Assembly: GCA_040218735.1 (NCBI GenBank) | Contig: JAVJQW010000046.1 | Location: 224,001-288,000 of the forward strand | DNA length: 64,000 nt | Reading direction: 5' to 3' | DNA from: Deltaproteobacteria bacterium | GTDB lineage: Bacteria > Myxococcota > Kuafuiibacteriia > Kuafuiibacteriales > Kuafuiibacteriaceae | Part shown: one piece after another, positions 7,228-17,518 of the stretch | How positions within the stretch are numbered: the stretch's first letter is position 1 | How the letters are laid out: each line of letters starts with the position of its first letter | Notes under the pieces: generated by a model | Told to the model about the DNA's origin: nothing | Databases searched by the model: none | What the model saw: the letters and a program-made list of their open reading frames with translations, nothing else | Translations under genes and position numbers: made by a program

Positions 7228-10191
7228 ATGCAGCACAATCTTCACACTCGGACACCTCAGCTCTTCACACTGCTCGCCGCCGTCGCGCTCGGCGCATGCA
7301 GCGGGGGCGGCACCACGGTGCCGCCGCCCAGCGAGCCAGCGCTCGAAACGATCGAGGTGTCTTCGGACGCCCTCATGGTCGTGAAGGGGCAGGCGCTCCG
7401 GCTCCGCGCGGACGGTACCTACGACGACGGAACGGTCGAGCGCCTCCGGGATGTAACGTGGTCGTCGAGTGACACCGCGGTCGCGACGATCGACGAAGTC
7501 GGTCTGCTCACCGCCGTCGCCGCGGGGACGACCGACATCTCGGCTGCGGTCGGCAGCGTCCGCGGCTCGGTCACCGTGACGGTCACCGGCTCTCCGCTCC
7601 GGACCATCGCGGTGCAACCGGGCGAGGTCGGCCTCGTCTCCGGCGAGACCGAACAACTCACCGCGATGGGCACACTCGCGGACGGGACGACGCTCGACAT
7701 CACCAACACGGTGACGTGGAGCTCGACCAACGAGGCCGCGGCGACCGTCGACGCCGGCTTCGTCACTGCCGTCGCGGCGGGCATGGCGAACATCATCGCG
7801 CGCGATCCGGGCACTTCGGTTTCGAGTGGTCCGCGGTCGGCGGAGGTCACGGTCGTCGATCCCGAGCCGACGGCGCTCGACGTCGCGCCCACCTCGGTCT
7901 CGTTGGAGATCGGCGCGACGGAGCAGCTCACCGCCACGCTCACGTACGACAACGCGTCGACCGAGGACGTGACGGAGAGCGTGAGCTGGACCTCGAGCGA
8001 CGAAGATGTCGCGACGATCGACGCCGCCGGCCTCGTCACCGGTGTCTCGCCCGGTTCGACCACGATCTCCGCGCGCCACGATGCGTCCGGGATCCGCGAC
8101 ATCCTCCGCGTCACCGTCACGCCGCCGGTGGTCACGGCCATCACCGTGGCGCCGACCACCGTCACGCTCGAGCTGATCGAACGCCAGGTCTTCCAGGCCA
8201 CCGCGACCTTCTCCGACGGCGCCGAGATCGACTTCCCCGGCGTGCAGTGGTCGTCCTCCGACCCGTCGATCGCGACGGTCAGCAACATGTCCGGCGAGCG
8301 TGGCCTCGTACGTCCGGTCGCCGCGGGCACCGTGACGATCACGGCGGTCGACGCCGCATCGGGCGTGAGCAGCGCAGACAGCAACGCATCGGCCACGGTC
8401 ACCGTGGTGTCGCCGACGGTCGCGAGTGTCATCGTCGTGGCCCCCGACGGGCGGCGCTCCTTGGACCTCGCGGCGGGGCTCGTCCAGCCCGTCCGAGCCT
8501 TCGCGATCTACAGCGACAACAGCGGCGTCGAAATTACGAACACCGTCACGTGGGCCTCGTCGGACACGGCCTTCGCCACCGTCGATGCGATGGGGAACGT
8601 CACGGCGATCGCCGAAGGTGAGGTCGTCATCAGCGCGACCGATCCCGCGAGCGGCCTCAGCAGCGACGCCGCGAACCAGTCCCTGCCCATCACGGTCGAG
8701 CCGCCGGACTTGATCGCCATCCAGATCACACCCTCGGCGGTAGCGATGATCGTCGGCACGACGCAGCAGTTCACCGCGACCGGCGTGTACACGGATGGCG
8801 TCCCGCGTGACCTCAGCACGGTCGTCGACTGGACCTCCTCGAGCCCCTCGTTGTTGACGATCGCGGGCACCGGGCTGGCGACGGCGGTGGCGAACGGCAA
8901 CGTCACGATCGACGCGGCCGATCCCACGACCGGCGTGAGCAGCAGCGACACCATGCAGTCGGCGACGGTGCTGATCTCGAACGCCAACCTCGTCTCGATC
9001 GCCGTGACCCCCGTGACGAACACGCTCCCCGTCGGCGCGACGGTCGAGCTGCAGGCGATGGGCACCTACGACAACGCAGCCGTCGTGGACCTGACGAATA
9101 TCGTGCAGTGGAGCTCGACGGACGCGATGATCGCCGACGTCTCCAACGCACCGGGTGCGCGCGGCACCGTGCGCTCCCTCGCCGCGGGCACCATCACGAT
9201 CGAGGCAACGGAGGCGATCAGCGGCGTGAGCAGCGCGGACTCGATGGAGTCGGCGACGATCACGGTCCCCGCGGGCGTGACGCTGACCTCGCTGACGGTC
9301 GCGCCGGCGACCAACACCTTCAACGTCAATCAGTCGGTTCCGTACACGGTCGAGGGCACGTTCTCGGACGCGTCGACGCACCCGATGACGGAGACGGTCC
9401 TGTGGACCTCGTCGGCGCCGGCGATCGCCAACGTCAGCAACACCGAAGGCACGCGCGGGTTGGTCACCGGCCTCGGCGTCGGCGTCGCCACGATCACGGC
9501 CGTACACACGCCGACCGGAATCTCCAGCGCGACGACGAACACGTCCGGCAGCGCGACGGTCGAGCAGGGCATCGAGATCGGCGACCTGGTCCACTTCGAG
9601 CTCGACGAGGGCTCGGGCACCACGCTCACGAACCTCGCCCCGGGCGGGGGCACCGTCTCGATCACCGGCCCCTCGTCGTGGGGGACGCCGGGCGGGGCGC
9701 CGGGCACCAGCACGGGGTACCTGACGATGCCGTCGGGCAGCACGAACCACGTCAACGCGAACCTCGCGACGACGACGTACACGAACCTGACGATCGACTT
9801 CTGGTACCGCTACCAGAGCGGAACCGGTCTCGGGTACATGTGGAACTCGTCGGTGTCGTTCCGCGCGTTCACGAACGGCGTCGCGAACGCTGGCATCTAC
9901 GTCCGCGAGACGCCCGGCGGCACGGACATCGTGTACACGCCGAGCATCCAGGACATGATGTGGCACCACTTCGCGTACGTGCTCGACGCATCGGCGGGCA
10001 CGGGCACGCTGTACATCGACGGCGTCGTAGGCGGCATGACGAACTACTCGGGTTCGATCTCGATCCCGACCTGGTACCTGATGGGGCAGAACAGCTCCAA
10101 CGGCGCGACCGCCGACTACGATCGCTTCCGCGTGTGGAGCATCGCGAACAGCGCGACCGAGGTCGCGGACATGGTCGCCGGCAACCGCTGA
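7228..10191 (+). CDS. Ig-like (Big_2) repeat lipoprotein with C-terminal LamG/concanavalin-like domain; putative adhesin
   Basis: Lipobox LGAC; about 8 repeats of (V)xW(S/T)S(S/T)...ATV...G.VT; WHHFAYVLD...LYIDG LamG motif; start chosen at ATG 7228. Confidence 0.85.
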   Translation: MQHNLHTRTPQLFTLLAAVALGACSGGGTTVPPPSEPALETIEVSSDALMVVKGQALRLRADGTYDDGTVERLRDVTWSSSDTAVATIDEVGLLTAVAAGTTDISAAVGSVRGSVTVTVTGSPLRTIAVQPGEVGLVSGETEQLTAMGTLADGTTLDITNTVTWSSTNEAAATVDAGFVTAVAAGMANIIARDPGTSVSSGPRSAEVTVVDPEPTALDVAPTSVSLEIGATEQLTATLTYDNASTEDVTESVSWTSSDEDVATIDAAGLVTGVSPGSTTISARHDASGIRDILRVTVTPPVVTAITVAPTTVTLELIERQVFQATATFSDGAEIDFPGVQWSSSDPSIATVSNMSGERGLVRPVAAGTVTITAVDAASGVSSADSNASATVTVVSPTVASVIVVAPDGRRSLDLAAGLVQPVRAFAIYSDNSGVEITNTVTWASSDTAFATVDAMGNVTAIAEGEVVISATDPASGLSSDAANQSLPITVEPPDLIAIQITPSAVAMIVGTTQQFTATGVYTDGVPRDLSTVVDWTSSSPSLLTIAGTGLATAVANGNVTIDAADPTTGVSSSDTMQSATVLISNANLVSIAVTPVTNTLPVGATVELQAMGTYDNAAVVDLTNIVQWSSTDAMIADVSNAPGARGTVRSLAAGTITIEATEAISGVSSADSMESATITVPAGVTLTSLTVAPATNTFNVNQSVPYTVEGTFSDASTHPMTETVLWTSSAPAIANVSNTEGTRGLVTGLGVGVATITAVHTPTGISSATTNTSGSATVEQGIEIGDLVHFELDEGSGTTLTNLAPGGGTVSITGPSSWGTPGGAPGTSTGYLTMPSGSTNHVNANLATTTYTNLTIDFWYRYQSGTGLGYMWNSSVSFRAFTNGVANAGIYVRETPGGTDIVYTPSIQDMMWHHFAYVLDASAGTGTLYIDGVVGGMTNYSGSISIPTWYLMGQNSSNGATADYDRFRVWSIANSATEVADMVAGNR

Positions 10192-10224
10192 GGTCTCGAG
10201 CTGCGCGCGGGGCGGCGGTTCGCT

Positions 10225-10983
10225 TCAGTAGCGAACCACGAAGCCGCCGCCGCGTGGGCCGAGCACCGGCAGCACCGCGACTTCGTCTTCCGCGGTGGTC
10301 ATCGAAACGATCCCCCAGATGAGCCCCGCGCCGACGACGATCCCGCCGGCGATGTAGGAAGCATTCGCGGCGGACGCGAGCCCGCCGGCTTCGTCCGCGA
10401 GGTTGGACGCGTCGATCTGACTCGCGGCGTCCATCGCCTCCGAGTTCTTGCCGGACGCGAGCACGCCGAGCACCACGCCCGATCCGATCACCGCGGCGCC
10501 GACGCCCGCGATGATCCACGGGACCGGCGAAAGCACGTCGCTCGGCGGGGGCGTCGTCACGACGGCGGCGGGCGGCGGAGGTGGAGGCGGGGGCGCCTGT
10601 TGCGCGTCGAGCTTCGCCTTCAGCTCTTCGCGCTCGCGGATCTGTCGGTCGAGGTTCTCGATCCGCTTCTCGATCGCGCCCCGATCCCGCGCCGAGGGAT
10701 CGGCTTCGAGGTACCGGCGGTACGCATCCAGTGCGCCTTCCAAGTTCCCCGCGCTCTCGCGCGCGCGTGCGAGGTTGTAGAGCAGGGTAGGTGCGGGATC
10801 GATGGCATACGCCTCTTCCAGCAGCTGCGCCGCCGCTTCGAACTCGCCGTCGCGATAGCGGCGCTTGCTCTCGTTGAAGAGCTCGATCGCAAATTTGCGG
10901 TCCTTCTTGGGGGGTTCGGCCGCGTTCGCGGTCAGTGAGCCGCCGAGGACGAGCACGGCGCACACGATACGGAGGCTTCGCAT
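10225..10983 (-). CDS. Tetratricopeptide repeat protein with Pro linker and C-terminal hydrophobic segments
   Basis: Signal peptide, LEEAYAIDPAPTLLYNLARARE...ALDAYRRYL; start at ATG 10983. Confidence 0.8.
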   Translation of the reverse strand: MRSLRIVCAVLVLGGSLTANAAEPPKKDRKFAIELFNESKRRYRDGEFEAAAQLLEEAYAIDPAPTLLYNLARARESAGNLEGALDAYRRYLEADPSARDRGAIEKRIENLDRQIREREELKAKLDAQQAPPPPPPPPAAVVTTPPPSDVLSPVPWIIAGVGAAVIGSGVVLGVLASGKNSEAMDAASQIDASNLADEAGGLASAANASYIAGGIVVGAGLIWGIVSMTTAEDEVAVLPVLGPRGGGFVVRY

Positions 10984-11067
10984 GGTGCCTGGAGCGCCCA
11001 GTGACGCCCCGGTGACGCTATCATTGCGCCTCGCGCGATGGCAAAAGGGGTACGAGGGGAAGCGTAG

Positions 11068-12714
<1,647 letters not shown>

Positions 12715-14517
12715 CTACTTCAGCGAGTCCGCCCAGCGGTGCACGCGCTTCTTCAGCACCGGCAGCGACACCGCGCCGCCGGTGAGCACGGCGTCGTGGA
12801 AGCCTTTGATGTCGAACTTGTCGCCCAGCGCGGTCTCGGCCTCGCGGCGTAGGCGCCAGATTTCCATCTGCCCGGTCTTGTAGGCCACGGCCTGCCCGGG
12901 CCAGACGATGTACCGGTCCACCTCGTTGTCGATGTTGTTCGCGGCGAGCGCGGTGTGCTCGAGCATGTACTGCTTCGCGCGCTCGCGGCTCCAGCCCATC
13001 GCGTGGATGCCGGTGTCCACGACGAGCCGCGAAGCGCGCCACGCCTCGTAGCTCAGCATCCCCATGCGATCGAGGTCGCCCGAGTACAGCCCCATCTCGT
13101 CGGCGAGCTGCTCGGTGTAGAGCGCCCACCCCTCGACGAACGCGGTCAGGCCGAGGTGCCGCCGGAACGCCGGCATCGCGGGGAGCTCCTGTGCGATCGC
13201 GATCTGCAGGTGGTGCCCGGGGATCGCTTCGTGGAACGAGAGCGCCTCCATCTCGTAGCGCGTGCGCGTCTCGGGTTTGTAGAGGTTGACGTAGTACTCG
13301 CCCGGCTTCGACCCGTCCGGCACCGGCTGCTGGTAGTAGGCGACCGTCGTGAACGGTGCCTCGTAGTCCGGGATCTTCGCGACGACGCAGTCTGCCTTGG
13401 GGAGCACGCCGAAGTACTTCGGGATGGCGGCGCGTGCGTTCGCGAGCGCGGTCTCGGCCTTGTCGACGATCTGCTCGCTCGTCTCGAAGAAGTTCGCCGG
13501 GTCGGTGCGGAGCTTCTCGAGGATCTCGGGGAGCGCGTCGGTGCCGAAGAGTTTCTTGCCGAGCTTCTTCATCTCGCCGTTGATGCGCAGGATCTCGGAC
13601 TTACCTGTCTCGTGGATGTCCTTCGCGCTCAGCGGCAGCCCCGTGTAGTACGCGATCCGCGCCTGGTAGCAGTCCTTGCCGAAGGGGAGGGCGCCGAGGC
13701 CCGTCTGCTCGGGGCTCCTCGCGTTCGGCGCGATCTCGGTCTCGAGCAGCTTCCCGTACCGCTCGAACGCGGGGCGGATCTCGTTCTCGAGGAGCTTCTG
13801 CAGCGCTGTCGTGAACTTCTCCTCCTCGCCGTCGCCCCACGCGTAGTCCGTCTCGATCTTCATCGGCGGCCAGTCCTTCACCGGCTTCGCGAGCTGATCC
13901 TTCACCATCGCCTGCACGCGACGCACGGACTCCGCGTTGGCGTACACACCCGCCTTCGCGCCGCGCGCGAGGTTCGCCGTGGTGTGGTCGATCTGTGTCG
14001 CCGCCTGTCCGTAGCGCTTCAGCAGGTTGTTCGCGTCTTCGTTCGACTTGATCGGGTGCGCCTTCGCGAGCTCGTTGTAGTTGGTCACGGGGTTCGAGCG
14101 CGGGGAGAGCGCCCAGGTCTCGAACTGACAGACGTCGAGCGCCGCGTTCTTCTCGAGCATGCTCGTGAACAGCTCGAGCGTCGTGGCGTCCGCCTGCGAC
14201 AGCCCCTCCGTCGGCACCGCCTTCGCGCGCGCGAGGAACGCGCGGGTCGCCTTGCGGTCCGCGTCGATCGCCGCCTCCGAGCCATCACCCAGCCGGTCGT
14301 CGTAGCGGTGGTCGCCGAGGCGCGTCGCCCAGACCGGGTTGGTCTTCATGAGGTACGCCCAGTGCTCGCTGAGCAGCGCGCCGAGCGCGTCGTCCTCGAC
14401 CCCGGCGCGAGCGATGTCCTCGGCACCGGTAGCGGTCGGCGGCGTCGGGGTGTCGCCGTTCTGGCCGGCGGCGCATCCGAGCGCGAGGGTGAGCGGGAGC
14501 AGGGCGCTTCGCTTCAT
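12715..14517 (-). CDS. DUF885 family lipoprotein (putative metallopeptidase)
   Basis: Lipobox ALGC; HEAIPGHHLQ, EGWALYTE, RLVVDTGIH, EVDRY...PGQAVAYK. Confidence 0.9.
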   Translation of the reverse strand: MKRSALLPLTLALGCAAGQNGDTPTPPTATGAEDIARAGVEDDALGALLSEHWAYLMKTNPVWATRLGDHRYDDRLGDGSEAAIDADRKATRAFLARAKAVPTEGLSQADATTLELFTSMLEKNAALDVCQFETWALSPRSNPVTNYNELAKAHPIKSNEDANNLLKRYGQAATQIDHTTANLARGAKAGVYANAESVRRVQAMVKDQLAKPVKDWPPMKIETDYAWGDGEEEKFTTALQKLLENEIRPAFERYGKLLETEIAPNARSPEQTGLGALPFGKDCYQARIAYYTGLPLSAKDIHETGKSEILRINGEMKKLGKKLFGTDALPEILEKLRTDPANFFETSEQIVDKAETALANARAAIPKYFGVLPKADCVVAKIPDYEAPFTTVAYYQQPVPDGSKPGEYYVNLYKPETRTRYEMEALSFHEAIPGHHLQIAIAQELPAMPAFRRHLGLTAFVEGWALYTEQLADEMGLYSGDLDRMGMLSYEAWRASRLVVDTGIHAMGWSRERAKQYMLEHTALAANNIDNEVDRYIVWPGQAVAYKTGQMEIWRLRREAETALGDKFDIKGFHDAVLTGGAVSLPVLKKRVHRWADSLK

Positions 14518-14554
14518 GCGAAGCGTCTACCACTACCGCTCGGGTGGACCAAAC

Positions 14555-15499
14555 TCAGTCACACCACGGTGCGACGCGCCCGTCGGACCCCGTGTAAACG
14601 AACGCATCGGAGACGAAGCCGCCCTTCGCGAGGCGGTCCCACAGGCGCGACGTCCCGTACGTCCCGCTCACGCGCTCGCCGCGTTTGTGGCAAACGATCG
14701 ACACGCGCGATCCGTTCGCCTTCGTCCGCACCGCGCGGAAGCTCGTCCCCGGACCGGCGCGGACCGTGAGCGCCGCGCCCGAGGTTCGCACCGTCCCCGA
14801 CGCGCCGGACGGCGACACGTTGCATCGGTTCACGCTGCGGTAGTTCCGCGTCCCGAAGAAGAACGCGCGCTCGCCGTTGAACACCGGGCGCAGCGCCACG
14901 CCGTTGCGACGGAGCTCGAAGTGCAGGTGCGGGCCCGTCGATCCGCCCGTGCTCCCCACCGCGCCGATCTTCTGCCCGCGCGCGACGCTCTGCCCGGTGC
15001 GCACGGCGACGCTGCTGAGGTGCGCGTAGCGCGTCCGGTAGCCGTCGCCGTGATCGATCTCGACCCACCGGCCGTAGCTCGTGCTCCCGGTGTTGCCGAC
15101 CACCGACACGCGCCCGCCCGCGGACGCGACGACCTTGTCGCCTAAGTCGTTGGCGCGGTTGAAGTCGATCGAGTTGACCGGGCTGTGGTTCGTGCGCGTC
15201 TGACCCGCCCAGACCTGCCCGCACGGGAACGGCACCTGGAAGACGCCGACCGAGAGACCGCTCGCCGTCGTCCCGAACTCGTCGTCGATGATCGTCAGCT
15301 CGCTCTCGTCCGCCCACTGCTCGGGGGACTCGGGCCACACCTCGCCGGGCGGCGGCTCGAGCGCGATCTCGACGCCCTCCGACCAGACCTCCTCGGGCGC
15401 CGAAGCCGGATCGAGCGGGTCGATCTCCAGCTCTGCGCCGGAGCAGCCTACGGCCGCGAAGACGGCGATGACGGTGAGCTTCTTTCGAATAGAACGCAT
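14555..15499 (-). CDS. M23 family peptidoglycan endopeptidase with C-terminal SH3b-like domain
   Basis: H-x4-D (NHSPVNSIDF), YAHLS, STGPHLHFE; LTVRAGPGT SH3b; lipobox-like AVGC. Confidence 0.88.
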   Translation of the reverse strand: MRSIRKKLTVIAVFAAVGCSGAELEIDPLDPASAPEEVWSEGVEIALEPPPGEVWPESPEQWADESELTIIDDEFGTTASGLSVGVFQVPFPCGQVWAGQTRTNHSPVNSIDFNRANDLGDKVVASAGGRVSVVGNTGSTSYGRWVEIDHGDGYRTRYAHLSSVAVRTGQSVARGQKIGAVGSTGGSTGPHLHFELRRNGVALRPVFNGERAFFFGTRNYRSVNRCNVSPSGASGTVRTSGAALTVRAGPGTSFRAVRTKANGSRVSIVCHKRGERVSGTYGTSRLWDRLAKGGFVSDAFVYTGSDGRVAPWCD

Positions 15500-15601
15500 C
15501 CCACGACGCGTAGCGTCACCGCGGAGCCGCGCTGAACTGAAGGTCCCTGACAGATTCGTGCGCTGTGGCCGGGAGCGTACAGTGTGGCCGGCCGTCCTCT
15601 A

Positions 15602-16615
15602 CTACCAGACGTTGTACTTCTTGCGGTTCGCCTCGTGCTCCTCCGCGGTTCGCGCGAAGTGGATGCGCCGCTTGCTGTCGTGCAGGTAGTACCAGTACTT
15701 CGACGGCTCGGGGCGCAGCGCCGCGAGCAGCGACGGCAGCGATGCGGCGCCGATCGCGGTCGGCGGCAGCCCGGACTTCAGCCGGGTGTTGTACGGGTCG
15801 TTCGGGTCGCGCAGCTTCGCGAGGAAGGGCTTGCGCTCGTTCCAGTTCTCCAGCGTGTAGCGGCTCGTGGCGTCGATGCCGAGCGGCGTGTTGGAGTCCA
15901 GCCGGTTGTACATCACGCCCGCGACCTTGGGGCGTGTCTCGGGGTTCGGCTCTTCGCGCTCCAGCAGCGACGCGACCTTCACGATGTCGTCGAGCGTGCG
16001 GCCGCTCTTTTCGATCTCCGCCGCGTGCGGCTTCACGAAGCGCCGGTGGAACGCGCCGATCTGACGCTGGATGAGTTTGTCGACGTCCAGCTTGCCGGGC
16101 GGGACGGCGTACGTCTCGGGGAGCAGGTACCCCTCGAGCGTCCCCGGCGGTGCGGGGAACGGGATCGTGAAGCGCGACGGATCACTCGCCGCTTCGATGT
16201 ACGCGCCCGCTTCGATCAGGCCCTTCTCGGCGAGCGCTGCGTCGGCGTCGACGAGGCGCCACCCCTCGACCATCGTCAGCGGGACGTCGTCGGGGATGGG
16301 TGCGCCGGCGAGTGTCTCGATCAGCTCGGGCACGTTCATCGAGGCGCTCACCTCGTGGCGCCCGGCCTTCGGCGAGGGTGCCGTCGCGTGGAGCTTCAGG
16401 TAGACGCGCCACAGGGTCGCGCTGGCGATGAGCCCTTCGGCCTCCAGCTGCTTGCCGACCGAGTTGAGCGTCGCGCCCTTCTTCACCTCGAATTCGACCT
16501 TCTTCGCGGACGCGTCGACCGGCGTCGTGACCGCCTTGTCGTAGTACGCGTACGCGCCGCCCAGCCCGAGGATGCCGAGCACGAACAGCACGGCGAGGAT
16601 TCGACCGAGTCGCAT
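15602..16615 (-). CDS. mltG: Endolytic transglycosylase MltG
   Basis: TM anchor, EGYLLPETY, ASLLERE, VMYNRL, PYNTRLKSGLPPTAI; alternative start at 16651. Confidence 0.92.
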   Translation of the reverse strand: MRLGRILAVLFVLGILGLGGAYAYYDKAVTTPVDASAKKVEFEVKKGATLNSVGKQLEAEGLIASATLWRVYLKLHATAPSPKAGRHEVSASMNVPELIETLAGAPIPDDVPLTMVEGWRLVDADAALAEKGLIEAGAYIEAASDPSRFTIPFPAPPGTLEGYLLPETYAVPPGKLDVDKLIQRQIGAFHRRFVKPHAAEIEKSGRTLDDIVKVASLLEREEPNPETRPKVAGVMYNRLDSNTPLGIDATSRYTLENWNERKPFLAKLRDPNDPYNTRLKSGLPPTAIGAASLPSLLAALRPEPSKYWYYLHDSKRRIHFARTAEEHEANRKKYNVW

Positions 16616-16647
16616 GAGCGGGACGTTTTCGCGATCGACCGCCGGGG

Positions 16648-17478
16648 TCAACCGACGCTCCGCGCGGACCGAGTCGTGTACCAGGTGCGCCAGATCGCGC
16701 CCCCGACGATCAGCGCGCCGCCCAGGATCGCCAGCGGTGTCAGCCGCTCACCGACCGCGAGGAACGCCCAGACCGGGCTCATCACGGGCTCGAGGTACAC
16801 CAGCAGCGCGCCCTCCATCGCGGACAGCTCGCGGATGCCGCGCACGTACAACATCGCGGCCCCGGCCTGCTGGATCGCGCCGAGGTGGAACACGACGAGG
16901 TAGTCGGTCAGCTGGGGCGCGGGGCCGTCGAAGGAAAACGGGAGCACAAAAACGCAGATGAGGAGGTTGCCGCAGAGCGTCGCCGCGATGCCACCCGTGA
17001 CGTCGAGGCGACGGTAGAACAGCAGCACCGTCGCGTACGAAAAACTCGCGCCGACCGCGAGCCCATTCCCCAACGTGGAGCCGGCCGACACGTCATCGAC
17101 GAAGAACAACAGACACCCCGCGAGGGACACCGGGAGCGTGAGCTTCTCCGCGAACGTCGCGCGCTCGTTCAGGAGGATCGGCGACAACAGAAGCACCCAC
17201 GCGGGCGCGATGTTCTGCAGGAAGATCGCGTTGCCCGCGGTCGTGAGGGTGTTGGCGAAGATGAACAGCGTGCACGTCGCGGCGTAGGCGACGCCGCCGA
17301 TCCACACGTCACGGCTCCACCCGCGGCGCGCCTTGGGGAACAGGACGAACAGCACCAACCCCGCCACCACCGCACGCCCCGCGACGAGCTGCGTGCCGCT
17401 CAGCGACGACAGCTTCACCGCCGCGCCACCCGTCGACCACAACAGCGCCGCGATGGCGATGAGGAGGCGCCCGCTCAC
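16648..17478 (-). CDS. DMT/EamA family transporter
   Basis: About 10 TM helices, LLWSTGG, LEPVMSPVWAFLAVGE. Confidence 0.88.
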   Translation of the reverse strand: MSGRLLIAIAALLWSTGGAAVKLSSLSGTQLVAGRAVVAGLVLFVLFPKARRGWSRDVWIGGVAYAATCTLFIFANTLTTAGNAIFLQNIAPAWVLLLSPILLNERATFAEKLTLPVSLAGCLLFFVDDVSAGSTLGNGLAVGASFSYATVLLFYRRLDVTGGIAATLCGNLLICVFVLPFSFDGPAPQLTDYLVVFHLGAIQQAGAAMLYVRGIRELSAMEGALLVYLEPVMSPVWAFLAVGERLTPLAILGGALIVGGAIWRTWYTTRSARSVG

Positions 17479-17518
17479 GATGTCGAGGATCCTGAGGCCC
17501 CCGGCGGGATTCGTCGAG

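Noticed and set aside
11001-11018. GTGACGC direct repeat at 11-bp spacing between the TPR and kinase genes
   Set aside because: Too short to distinguish from chance at this GC content
15500-15601. c-di-AMP (ydaO) riboswitch upstream of the M23 peptidase
   Set aside because: The region is too short and lacks the conserved ydaO motifs
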